A stretch of DNA of 62,293 nucleotides, filler included, from Hausera hauseri (lineage: Eukaryota), in the NCBI GenBank assembly GCA_046269625.1. It is 11 parts of 11 records of this genome, joined end to end, with 100 filler letters (N's around TTAATTAATTAA, not from the genome) between each part and the next. Parts side by side here need not be neighbours in the genome. Positions count along the whole stretch, not along the records: positions 42,549 to 51,619 come from JBJURY010467689.1; positions 51,720 to 57,497 come from JBJURY010191083.1; positions 57,598 to 62,293 come from JBJURY010472021.1; 8 more parts are not named here. One strand, given 5' to 3'. The notes below the pieces were generated by a model. It ran no database searches, had not been told where the DNA came from, and saw nothing but the letters and a program-made list of their open reading frames with translations. Shown piece after piece: positions 47,001 to 57,737 of this stretch (the stretch's first letter is position 1; each line of letters opens with the position of its first letter). A program made the position numbers and the translations under genes.

Positions 47001-49486
47001 ATTTACAAGACGCACTTGCTGAGGCAAATCTCCCGCCTCTTAAAGAGGTAGCCTTACTTCGTTGTGTGAAATATCTACTACACAGCCAAGTAGGAGGTTG
47101 GGAACGCCGGAGGGTTGCGGAGCAGATATTCACTTCAACACACCCTGCTCGTCAACTACTAGATAGAACGGGACCATATTTTCCCGTTCTCGAAAGTCCA
47201 AGCTCTATATTCTCATATAGAGAACTACAACATGTCAAGCACTTTCCGATAGCAGCAACAATTCCGTCAGGCTCCGCGTCGCAAGATCAAAAGACCGGAC
47301 TGAAGGATATTTTTGAGAAGGCTTGTGCTCGACATGTTACACCAGAATATGAGTTGTGGACGGATGGTTCTGCAGTAATGGAGTATGGATCAGGAGCTGC
47401 CGCTGCCCTGTATCAGAAGGGCAAACTTCTCCATACGTTTGTGCAAGGCGCAGGGGTCTTAGCTTGTAGTTTCCGTGCTGAGTGTGTGGCCTTACAAATT
47501 GGATTGCAAGGTATTGTAAACAAAGGCATACATCGCACAAAGGAAAGACCGCGCCTAACCATCTTTACGGACTCTCAATCTTTACTTATGCATTTAAAGA
47601 GAGGGCCCCGAAATGCTGAGTGCCACACAATTAGTACGATCTGGCAACATCTTATCCTCCTCCGGCAACATGGGATGCGAGTTAGATTTCAATTTGTGTT
47701 TTCCCACTGCGGAGTTGAACGGAACGAACATGTGGATCGTTTGGCGAATACTGGTCGGGAAATGCATCAGAGGGTCCCAACATGGATCCCTGACATAATA
47801 TCTGCCGCCAAACGTCAGTTGAAGCGTGAGAGAGAATATGAAGAGACGAGAAGATCAAAATTACTGGGTAACTTCTCTCCGACCCCTTCTTCCAGCATGA
47901 GTCGAACCGAAGAATGTTTGCTAGCACAATTCAGATGTGGTACATCTAGTCATTTTGATTGGCTTGCGAGAGTCCTAAATAAAGATATGCAACAGACGTG
48001 CCGTTGGTGTCATACACCTGAACCACGGAGTGAGGTAGTCATAGATACAGTGAATGCGCGGCCTACAAGAGCGAGTGATCCGGTCGCCTGCCCTATATGT
48101 TTATTTACTTTTAGCAATAGGGATGCGGCTGTTACTCATATGACACGTCTCCATGGACATACTCGTACCGCTGCTAGATCCATCGTTAAAGGTTGTCCGT
48201 TAGCTAACACACCGTCGTCGACAAATACTACATGCCCAATCTGTAACAGAGATTTTCCTGTCCTTCGACAGCTGATTAGTCATATGAAAGAACAACACCC
48301 TGAGACTATTAATACTAGAGGACCACTATCTCAGGAGAATAATCAGCTTCGCACCCGTCCTCTCCCAGAACCTCCACCGGTATCTCCTTCCTTGAAAGTC
48401 ACCGTCTCTACTCCTATACAGTGTGCAACGACAGCCAGTAATGTGTCGGCACCAAAAGGACGTGATCAAGGGAACTCTCTAAGATGTCCGGTGTGTCAAA
48501 AGGAATACAAGTCAAAAGGATGGGTCACGCGACATATGAAGGAAGCTCACCCTGCCGGAAGCATGGAACAAACAACACCGCCTCCAACCACTACTACAAA
48601 ACGATTGAAGGTAGAAAAACGAGATAGAAAAGACACAGATAAAGACGCAGAAGAGACGGAAGATAGGAAGTTCTGTTGCCAGCTATGTGACAAGCAATAT
48701 GCATCACGTGGTTGGCTAACACGACATATGAAATCTGCACATCCGTCGTCTACTGCCCAGCAAAATGTGGGTGCCTCAGCGCCTACAATAGTAGATACTG
48801 TGTCTTCTCCAGGAAATCAAGCTCCTTCAGATCGCTTTAGTTGCCCTCTGTGTCCTAACACGTATTTACGAAAATCATCTTTGCTAAGACATATGAGGAC
48901 AACTCATCAAACATCAACGTTGGAGTCTGGTACTACTGCGCCATGTACAGCTGTGAAAAGAGAGAAGGCCCCTGATGTAGATCATCTTAGCCCAGATTCT
49001 TATCAACAACGAATCAAAGTTGAGATCCCTGTCCCAGCGCCCTTGCAAACCAGGATTTCTTTTCCATGCCCACACTGTGATAAAGAATACTCTGCATGGT
49101 CTAGCCTGGTGAGGCACCAGAGAACCGCTCACCCTGGGACGCGTATTATTGACCAACGCCCTGAAAGACAACGATCTACGATACTTCCAGAGCCCTTACT
49201 GGTATGCGACCTCTGTGATCGCTTGTTTACTTACAAACAGCACTTAACTAGACACAGAAATACGTTTCATGGTATATCGGTTGAACCGCGCACGACACAA
49301 CACCATGAATGTGAGGAAACAACCAGACACATACTTATATGTCCGGGTCTAATGGAACTTCGTATAAGGCATAAAATCGAAGGATGTACTATTGAGCAAA
49401 TGGCATACTCAAATGCGTTAGCGAACTTTGTTGTAGATTTGGTCCAGCTGATAAAAGTGAGAGCTCGACCCGCACGACAACTTTGA
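44051..49486 (+). CDS. Polyprotein: 2A peptide - AP endonuclease - reverse transcriptase - RNase H - 7 C2H2 zinc fingers (true start probably downstream of 44130)
   Basis: LLQCGDIEENPGP; QWNAAGL, LCETK, GADCN, PDIT, SDH (APE); APGPDG, FRPITL, QSGFR, DYARAFD, GVPQGSVLGP, LFADD (RT); WTDGS, FRAE, IFTDSQS, SHCGVERNEHVD (RNase H). Confidence 0.95.
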   Translation: MMPPGMPATLSWSRGSVPSQRGSQVPAHFHWWKMCWQAGAVTSAGTQFLWRRQLAPSQELREFRCTCERAIILIIIFSLLQCGDIEENPGPSLRGAQWNAAGLTRAKRLSLARFLNQHEISFCLLCETKMTVNEVNCFALDGYQHVGMARNCQGGGVSILVRDDIRVLTGSAVIQAHEYVNATLYIGDLPLSITSAYFAKRNYVNEVRLNDLINSGPHIIGADCNVHHPLWDTKALPDAGGEILVDWCCSNQYMIANDGSGTRRNIVTGAWSTPDITMGKECEISNWRSIFSADSDHNFIVFDSIFGHDDLPIPHYKPGKPLFSWSKADWNCFSRSLAGEMKNIARKKEKLQPLIKSVKEREKKPKSHPVTGGKKARRSIVADNIKTLTKKKIVLPKRPLRFRLGKHHQLSTDHRPQKGKHVSKMSLNRIMRGHTVSSIAKAFSTAVNKAMVKAVPRGARTASIFWSKELKDLDLQIEREVSIKRRQTLITSRRQLLNEVVTSRWKKNCSSMTSNNRMSWRTIAAIKKPRTLKTPAVVVNNVTLSHRQHATRLLRLFQRKSTRASHAPVLRRQPGGSDFVPIIMTELREALSELTTGTAPGPDGVHPESLKALNSFSLKLLLKIYNKSLRSGVVPQQWKEGVIIPLLKPGLPATELTSFRPITLTSNICKVMERIIVARLREHIEPKLSHAQSGFRPGCSTADQMAHLQFLLLRRQAAERTGAVFIDYARAFDSVDFSKIIQELQYFNVPLYLIRWVGDFLSNRITRVRVKSKLSPAATFTCGVPQGSVLGPFLFIVVIDSLSRRLNTVNGLDHGLFADDLTILCRNTSRDCIQDILQQGLQVIEDWSREYFMEVNPAKTKYTLFNSKRADPMHLTYAGHTIMEDRQPKLLGLTVQIYGGASKHVDNMAAICHKQLQKLVAISGRTWGPKRDVLRTFYIALIRSRLLYGVEAWWPQISKTAANKLEVIQGKAARLIAGIPGPTDLQDALAEANLPPLKEVALLRCVKYLLHSQVGGWERRRVAEQIFTSTHPARQLLDRTGPYFPVLESPSSIFSYRELQHVKHFPIAATIPSGSASQDQKTGLKDIFEKACARHVTPEYELWTDGSAVMEYGSGAAAALYQKGKLLHTFVQGAGVLACSFRAECVALQIGLQGIVNKGIHRTKERPRLTIFTDSQSLLMHLKRGPRNAECHTISTIWQHLILLRQHGMRVRFQFVFSHCGVERNEHVDRLANTGREMHQRVPTWIPDIISAAKRQLKREREYEETRRSKLLGNFSPTPSSSMSRTEECLLAQFRCGTSSHFDWLARVLNKDMQQTCRWCHTPEPRSEVVIDTVNARPTRASDPVACPICLFTFSNRDAAVTHMTRLHGHTRTAARSIVKGCPLANTPSSTNTTCPICNRDFPVLRQLISHMKEQHPETINTRGPLSQENNQLRTRPLPEPPPVSPSLKVTVSTPIQCATTASNVSAPKGRDQGNSLRCPVCQKEYKSKGWVTRHMKEAHPAGSMEQTTPPPTTTTKRLKVEKRDRKDTDKDAEETEDRKFCCQLCDKQYASRGWLTRHMKSAHPSSTAQQNVGASAPTIVDTVSSPGNQAPSDRFSCPLCPNTYLRKSSLLRHMRTTHQTSTLESGTTAPCTAVKREKAPDVDHLSPDSYQQRIKVEIPVPAPLQTRISFPCPHCDKEYSAWSSLVRHQRTAHPGTRIIDQRPERQRSTILPEPLLVCDLCDRLFTYKQHLTRHRNTFHGISVEPRTTQHHECEETTRHILICPGLMELRIRHKIEGCTIEQMAYSNALANFVVDLVQLIKVRARPARQL
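44057..44130 (+). ncRNA. HDV-like ribozyme / Pr77-type 5' hallmark
   Basis: P1 ccccggga/tcccgggg, P3 ccac/gtgg, P4 ccct/aggg, J4/2 gaagccaag, P2 gccggc/gcctgc. The core GCCGGCCACCT..CGTGGT..AGTAC..GGAAGC.AAG.GCC matches the trypanosomatid L1Tc/ingi 77-79-nt signature as I recall it. Confidence 0.85.
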
Positions 49487-49737
49487 GAATGTTTTACTCT
49501 TTTTGCTTTTTAGTTTACCATCTCCCAAGTGCCCATTTTGTTGTCCAAAGAGCAAGATTCAGGAGAAAAGTTTATGGTCACTAGTAGTCTCACGGGGTTT
49601 CTGAGGGTAAACATACTCTCGAAGGATCTGTTGTTGACTGCTGTGTTTCTCCGAAGTGGTGAGTACCTATATCTAAGCATTGTAGTAGATTAGAGATGAC
49701 GTTAGTATAGTAGTACGTGCAGTAAAACGCACGAAGG

Positions 49738-49765
<28 letters not shown>
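44057..49765 (+). mobile_element. Full-length, apparently intact ingi/L1Tc-clade non-LTR retrotransposon
   Basis: 5' ribozyme signature, one long ORF, 3' UTR and 28-nt poly(A) at 49738-49765. Confidence 0.93.
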
Positions 49766-49768
<3 letters not shown>

Positions 49769-50914
49769 GAAGCGGATATTCCTGCCAAGATGAGGGTGTT
49801 GGAGGAGAGGATCAAGCTGTTCAACACGGCTATTGCTGACGCCCAACGGAGCAACGCAGAGATGGAACAGTTGAAGGAAAAGACAACAGAGGAGTTATCG
49901 AAGATTAATGAGCAAAAGATTACACTTGAAGAGCTGAATCATCGAGGAGATATGGACGATATTGACAGGTTTCTGGACAATGATACGGCAGGTGCTGATG
50001 CCCACAGGCAAAAGCAGGCGGAAATTACGTCTTTGCGGACCCAGCTCGAAGAAAAGAACAAAGTATATAACGCAAATGAAGAACGAATACAGGCGCTAGA
50101 AGAGGGAAACAAAAGCGATCGTCAGCGAATTGAGGAAAAAAGGGGCGAACGACAACAACTCGCTGATAAACATCGGGATTATCAGCGGGTTCTGAATAAC
50201 TGGTATACTTTCATTGTGTTCATGGTTGGTGTGGGTCAATTTCTTCGTGAGGAGCAAAACCGTATCTCTGCAGCGATTGAGAAGCTGGACGAGGAGATAA
50301 GATCTCTTGAACAGCAGATATCTGACAGAGATCTCGAACTCGAGCGACTACGCAAAGATGACAGCGAGTTGCAACTATATATCGAGGAACAGCTACGAGC
50401 ACTTGAGAAATGCGAAGAAGATGCAGAAGCGAAGCAAAGAGAGACCAAAGATAAAGTGAAATGTACGCTTCACACGTACGATGAATCAATTAAGGAGTGT
50501 GAGTGCCAAATTCAACACTGCCACGAGACTATTCGAAACAATAAACAACGCATAGAGTCTTCTCACCAGGCGCTGCCTGAACCAAAGGCGGAGCTAACTA
50601 TCGCAAAGAGGGAGAGCGTGTATCTTGCAGTTGTTATCAGCGCCAAGCGTGAGAATCCAGAACTCCTACGACGGTTTGCTCGTATTACAATTGAGGGGTT
50701 GGGAGTAGAGGACACAAGAGGGAGCGAGTATCTTTCTGATCTTTTGAATGGATATGCGGAGTACTTTGATGCTAATTGGGGAAAAATTCTGCAGAAGGCT
50801 GAAGAGGATATTCGAGATGGTCCTTTGACAGACACCAAGTGTGCTCTTGGTTACTTTCTTCCCACTATTACTTCAGATATCACATGTCACACATTGGTAA
50901 CTGTTTTGACATGA
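49766..50914 (+). CDS. Coiled-coil protein, probably a host gene interrupted by the retroposons
   Basis: E/K/Q/R-rich heptad pattern. The frame is open upstream of the ATG at 49790 (YEADIPAK) right up to the poly(A). No introns apparent. Confidence 0.6.
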
Positions 50915-51946
50915 GGCTTGTTATACATCGCGATATGAACTGCATCGAACACAACAAAAATGTGAGGAACGACGGTAGCAGAGCACACTAAATTTACTTT
51001 TTTTTTTTTTTACTTAATCTCATTGATGTATTGTTTATGCTACTGGTGGACGGATAAAAGCATATTCTGCTCATTGATGTATTACCAGAGCATATATAGC
51101 AGCTTACACATATGTGTTATTACCTCTGCTGAACATTGTTTTTCTTTTTTTTACTTTTATTTTGACATCTATTGATACTTTGCCATTGTGATAATCTGAC
51201 CACGGTAGATTATTGCTCGTTTCTAACACTAACATCACTCCATACATTAATAGTGGTCGTCTTGCAGCTGAAATATAATCATTTTGCATAATGAGTGATG
51301 TTGAGAGCATACATTGTTATTTTCAGATGACCACTAAATTTTCGTTTTATTTATTTCCTCTCCTTTTCTCTTTGACTGTCGTGTAGTGCTTGCTACTGTT
51401 TGTTAATTGAGTTTGCTGACGCTTATTCATTTTCATGAACTCAAACAAGACACAAACACCCCTTCAACTTAGCACAAGAAGATGCACTAGTGGTTATTGT
51501 TTTCATTTTTATTCGAGCCTGCAGTTGAATGTGTGTTGTCGCTATATACAATGTTGTTTTTGTTTTGGACGTGGCGATTTGTTGCGTTGTGACATGCTTG
51601 TCCATATGCAATTTTCGTGNNNNNNNNNNNNNNNNNNNNNNNNNNNNNNNNNNNNNNNNNNNNTTAATTAATTAANNNNNNNNNNNNNNNNNNNNNNNNN
51701 NNNNNNNNNNNNNNNNNNNTACAGAACAAGATCGAGGCCTGGAAGCATTGTCTCACATTGTGGGTCGACAGAAGCAGATGGCAGTTGACATAGGAAATGA
51801 GGTGGACAGTCAGAATGGTAAACCAGAACCTTCATTTTTATTTTGTGTTTTGTCACAGTTACAAACAACTGCAGAATATGTTACTTTTCTTCACCTTTTC
51901 CTTGGTTGACAATGTGAACAGTTATTCATGTTCTGTCAAAATAAGG

Positions 51947-52163
51947 GTAAAGTTTTCATGCCAGCACTGTTACATATGTAAAGTTCTCATGTTACCACTG
52001 TTATGTGTGTAAAGTTTTCACGTTACCCCTGTTATGTATGTACAGTTTTAACATTGCCATTGTTAAGTGTGTAAAGTTTGTACGTTAGCACTGCTACGTA
52101 TGTAAAGTTTTCGTGTTAACACTATTACATTTGTAAAGTTTTCACGTTAGCACTGTTATGTAT
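51947..52163. repeat. Minisatellite, 7 x 31 bp
   Basis: Consensus gtaaagttttcacgttagcactgttatgtat. Confidence 0.9.
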
Positions 52164-52399
52164 TACAATACAAGATGCTTTCATTGATATTTGGCTTTTT
52201 CTTTATTATTCTCACATCACATAAATCACATGAAAAGTAAATAAAACACTAAAAAGAAGGTAAAACGTTAAAAGACTATATACAAGTAAGTAGACTTACG
52301 AGGTACAACCGACCTCCTCGTTCAGCTTAGAGAATAAGAAAAGAAAAACTATGAGATCGCATTAAAGAAACGTACAGTTGGTTGTAAGAATTAATAAAT

Positions 52400-52980
52400 T
52401 TATGACAATATATTATAAAATAATTTACAATTCTTTAAAAAACTACTCAAACAGAAATCCATCTTATTCTCTCCCGTATCTCTATTAAAATTGGGAAGAT
52501 TATAAATAAGAAAACTTTCAAAAATTTTCTTCTTGCGTGCAGATGATTGCTCCATCACCACTTCTGTTCCTGCAGCATCCAGTCTGTGATTGTAATCCCT
52601 TCTGTGTTGACAGAGTGCTGAATTGAAAGCATCAATATTGAGGTCGCTCTTGTGTTGTTGTACTCTCCTATGGATATCTGAGGACTCCCCAAAATAACTC
52701 TTACAACAGTCTTTACATCTTATTCTGTAGATTCCTGCAGTATGTTTATCATTAAATTTGTTGTGAGTTCTGTTAGTTTGTTCGAATTCTCTTTTAGTTG
52801 TTGGGATGGTTTGTACTAATTTTACAGATTGAGTAAATTTCTTATGCATAGAAAAATCTTTGTCAAAAGGAAAATTAATGTATTCATTATGAGAGTTACT
52901 GTCGTCATAGTTCGTATAAGAAACATTATAAAACTTTTTTCTAGCTTTACGATAAGCTTTGTTTATAAAATAAAGAAATT
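52400..52980 (-). mobile_element. Penelope-like element remnant (GIY-YIG endonuclease)
   Basis: AGIYRIRCKDCCKSYFGES..RRVQQH..SALCQH..NH..KKKIFES..FN. Confidence 0.85.
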
Positions 52981-53759
52981 ATAACTAATTTTGCTGGACC
53001 ATTCACATGCCCCAATGAAATGTTGCCTTTTTTACTACAGCGTCACTAGCTGTCAGAATATGCTACAATTTACAATATCCAGATTTGCAGAGATTACAAA
53101 ATAGTCTCAATACGTGGACGAATTATTTCCGTGGAAATCCACGATACAGTAACATTAGCCTATCGTAGAGTACTTCTGATAATCCCAAAACTCTCGAATA
53201 AATCAAAGAACAGACCTGCGAATATGTTTCTCCGTATCCCGGTAGATATGACAAGTAAATCGAAGATCACAAGCCCATCGAAGCTGACGTCCGAAATGAA
53301 TGTAAAAGGCAAAATACAATATTTATAAATGGTGTCAGGAGTAGGACGAAAGTAGCTCAATTTAGTTTTTTGCCTTTATTGCGAGCTATCCCTAATTAAT
53401 AATCTTTTTCAAATGAAAAGTAGCACCAAACTTAGCATTCAACCTCTGTTCCCTATGTTTAATTTTCAGTTTCGATTTATTAATAAATATTTTAATATTA
53501 TGCTGTATAGTAATGTAACACATTCGTACCTAATTAAAGCAATAAAAACAGCCCGTTCTTGTCGATCACACATAAATATGACCATTTGACATTCTTTAAC
53601 CCTTACATACGACACTAACTAATATATCCAATTCTTTTAAATCTGGAGAACCTGTAAGATTGGAAATTTCCGTCGGCTTAAGAGATGGCACACAAACAAG
53701 AAATTCACAGGAAGAAATTAAACAATAACCACCATCCACCAACAGCTTTCCGTGCCATC

Positions 53760-56700
53760 CATTCTTCAAAGTCAAGGGTTTTGCCAGCCAATGATTTGGT
53801 CGACACAAACAATGGTTTTCAGATACCAATCTGGTCAACACGAAAGCGCAAGCCTATTTCCTTCTTTCTCAATTACCTACAGAATTTAACCAAAAATTAC
53901 GGAAATACCGTTGTTCGCATTAGAACAGGCTTATGACGCTTTATGCCAAGCCACCATTAAGTTGTCAGAAACGCCGGTACTCGAACCGATAAAAAATACT
54001 TTACAACAAACCTGATAAGTTCTGAAACGCCCACCGAATATTTACGTCTCATAAAAGACGACTTTTTAAGACTTCAAATTAACGTTAGCGAAAATGAAGA
54101 TTTATTGAAACATCTGTTCGTGCAGAGTTTTCTTCCCGAACTGCACATTCTCTTCCCAGTTGCTCCACCAACGTTAAGCCTTGACGACTTTGCAGTAATG
54201 GCGGAAAAGTCTTTAGAATACTTATGAGCTCTACAACCTCGACAACAAGCAATATGCGCAATGACAACAGCACCAACCATAGCCGCCACGTCCAGAAAGG
54301 AACCAGAGTCTTCTGCTGGACTCGTGGACTCCATAAATAAACTAACCAAAACCTTAAATTCTTTTATGACGGTGCAGGCGATCCAAAATAACAATATTCA
54401 CCAGTCACTTCAACAACTAAACGCGTATAATTCAACTACCCCGTCACGCAACAGATCCGCATCGCGTCACAGATCTGAGTCTCGCAGTCGAGGACTGATC
54501 TGCTTTTACCACAAACGCGTCGGTAAAAGAGCATTAAGGTGTCATATCGGTTGTAATTTCTGCAACAAAGGTGTAGCCATAATTTCAAAACTTTTCGTCT
54601 TCCATGCAGTATATTGTAATTGTTACTAGATCGCGTCTCTACCGTCCCGACCTGCTTGTATGCCCGTCTTTCTGGCATGACCATCATTTCATCATGCTCT
54701 TTGCCTGCGTATCGTGCAACTTGAAATCCCTCCTTTCCTATCTTAGGTTGTCAAATTTGTGAACCACCACATCCCGATAACTCAGATGATCATCTCTAGT
54801 GTATTCTCTGACTGTGTTTATCTCTTCCGTCTTTGTTGCCACTTCTGGACTTTCTGCATTTTCATTGTGATTTGTTCTACGTTTTTTTCGTCGCTGCAAT
54901 AAATTTCCTTCATCTCCGGATTGACACAACAGTGGATTATCAATTCCTCTGTTAGAGCTTCGGCTGTTATTATGTGGCTAAGGATACCCTTCACCAGATG
55001 TTCGATTTTGCTGAAGTAGGCGACCGGTTCTGCCCCCTCATTCTGTGGTCCAAGGCCTCCTGTAGATATCCACAGAGCGTTGTGGATTTTGAAAAGGTTT
55101 TTCTCAATCGGTTTTGGTACCCTTTCACTTTCTTGCTCACCAGATTGTATTTCTCCTGTGCTCCTTCCGTCAAAAGGCACAGGACCGCGGTTTCCCGATC
55201 CGTCTCTGACATCTTTATGAAATCGAAGTATCTCTCGCATTTTCCAATAAAGGTTTCTACGTTGTTAAATTTCTGGAATTCTTTGGGCATCAATGTCTTC
55301 TCGAAGAAGTCTCTTTAAGCGTTGGTCGACATGTTAGTAGATCGAGTCTCTACCGTTCCGGCCTACATTACAACCTGACTTGATTATTGTAATATAGAAT
55401 TATCCATAAGAGGTTAATTATAAATGTTCATATAACACGTATCTCCGTTCACTCGAGAAATGAAGCTCATTTTCCTTCTTTTCTAAATTTCCTGACTTTC
55501 TTTTGGCTGTTTATTGAATTAACTTTGATTTAAATTTTAACATTAATATCCGTGTCAATTCCTCCTCACAGTGATAATGCAAAAATTGCTTCCCCGGTTG
55601 CAACCGCAACAATTCTCCATCTAACACCACATCATCAGCTTTAAGTTTATAATGCCGCCAAAGGGCTCGGCAAACTCTGGCATGAATCTTCGCCGTTTAT
55701 TCTTATATACCCAGTTGAAACAACTGTAAACGACGTCTTCTTTATTCAAGCAACTATCAATACCATGCACTCTGACATACCTATTTCTTTCCTTATTGAC
55801 ACGGCTTCCGCAATTTCTGCTCGTCCTCTCTCTTATGCGGCAACAGGCAACAATATTGTTTCTCACAACCTAAATACTGTCTCAGATACACCCATCAAAA
55901 CTGCTGGAGAGCGAAAATTGTCATTTAAACTCCTCTCTTTAAACAACGTTTTCTCGTTGCAACTCATTGTTGCCGACGTTCAACAGCCAATTTTAGGCTC
56001 AGACTTTCTTCAAACCTTTGATTTACTTGTTGATTGGAAACGCAGAATGCTGTTACCTTGAGAAAATTATAATCAGGCTAACAACTAATTTAAAATCGCC
56101 CATTAATTCAATCCTTAAATCAGCGGAGAACAGTAAAAATAAGAAACAAAATGTTTCATGGCAAAGTCCCATAGTAACAAAAACGAACGAGGAAGTCGAA
56201 CGAACTTTCCGTCGCCCCTCGTGCCTTACAATCTTTTATTGTCACAAATTGCGCGAATACACTAAAAAGTACAAAGTCTTTAAGCCTGCAGCTTCAACAT
56301 TTCACAACATTCACATGAGTTCACACGCTCCAGTTGCACACCACCGTCGTGAACTCCAACCAGAACGCAACAACATGGTTGAAGTTGAATTTTTGCGACT
56401 TGAACGAGCGGGTACAATTCGACCGTCTATCTCTCTCTGGATTTGACCACATCACGTCGTACCAAAAAAGATAGTACGCTTCGGCCTTGTGGAGATTATA
56501 TTTGGCTTAACGCCTTAACTACACAAATAGTTATCCTCTCCCTATGATCTTTGACATTTTCCGCAGGTTAGAGGTAGCAACATATTTTCCACCGTGGACT
56601 TGCACAAAGCTTATCATCTAATTCCAATCGTTCAAGAAGATATTCAGAAAACCGCTATAACAACGTCATTTGGTCTCTTCGAGTATCTTCACATGCTGTT

Positions 56701-57497
56701 TGAACTTCTCAACGCTGCGAAACATTCCAGTGGCATATAAACTCTATGCTATCATATTTTCCTTTTGCATTCCCGTATATCGACGACATAATGATAGCTT
56801 TCGGAGACGACGAACAAAACACGGAACACATGCACAGTCCTTTCAAACGCCTTCACGACCATAATCTCCAAATAAACTGGCGTAAATCTCATTTCTTAGC
56901 CCAGCCTGTCACATTCTTGGGCCATGTTATTTCAGTGCAAGGGCACGCACCATTGCCTGAGCAATTACATTCAATTCGCAACATTGCTTGCCCATCGATC
57001 GTAACAGAACTGCGCAGCTTCCAAGGAATGGTTAACTTTTGCCACTAGTACATCCTTAACTGTACACATTTCATTGCAAAACTCTCTGCCCTAGTTTCTG
57101 GCCAAAAACGACGTGACGTTCAGTGGACGGATTGCTTAAAGACTGATATTAACACTCTAAAATCACAGCTACAGGATTTTAGAGTTCTCACCAATCCCAG
57201 AAAGGACGCACCATTATATCTGTCTACTGACGCATCTACAATAGCGGCAGGCGCAGTTCTACATCAGCGGACCAACGAAACTCACGAGCCATTAGAATTC
57301 TGGAGCTAAGTTCTCTGAAACCGAAACGCTTTGTTGGACTTTTGATAGAGAGTTGCTATAAATTTTTTTAGCCATCAAACATTTCCAACACATGTTGATA
57401 GGAAATTCTTTCACAATTCAAACCGACTATAAACCACTGGTATATATGCTACAAATGCGTAACCCATCCCCACGCAAATTTCATTTCTCTCAATTTA
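53760..57497 (+). mobile_element. Decayed Ty3/Gypsy element (gag, protease, RT, RNase H)
   Basis: LLKHLFVQSFLP, LICFYHKRVGKRALRC (gag); FLIDTASAIS, PILGSDFL (protease); [27 protein letters not shown] (RT); LSTDAS, PLEF, DREL, TDYKPL (RNase H). Confidence 0.9.
54621..55542 (-). mobile_element. Nested, internally deleted LTR element (LTR 55332-55542, PBS-like site, gag fragment, 33-bp LTR remnant)
   Basis: TGTTA...TAACA LTR ends; 33-bp direct repeat at 54621 and 55332; gag-like VETFIGKCERYF..AVLCLLTEGAQEKY; flanks gtaat/ttaat. Confidence 0.7.
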
Positions 57498-57737
57498 NNN
57501 NNNNNNNNNNNNNNNNNNNNNNNNNNNNNNNNNNNNNNNNNTTAATTAATTAANNNNNNNNNNNNNNNNNNNNNNNNNNNNNNNNNNNNNNNNNNNNCCG
57601 GGAAACCCTGTATATATGTGTCTTATACCAATCCAGTTTTGGAGCTATCCACATCAAACTTGGCATGTGTGTTGTTTATCGTCAGGAAACGAACACTACG
57701 GAAATGAATTCCTCTCCCCACCCACCTAGGTTCTTGG

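Noticed and set aside
51947-52163. CRISPR array (31-bp periodicity)
   Set aside because: Units abut with no spacers, no cas genes are present, and the context is eukaryotic.
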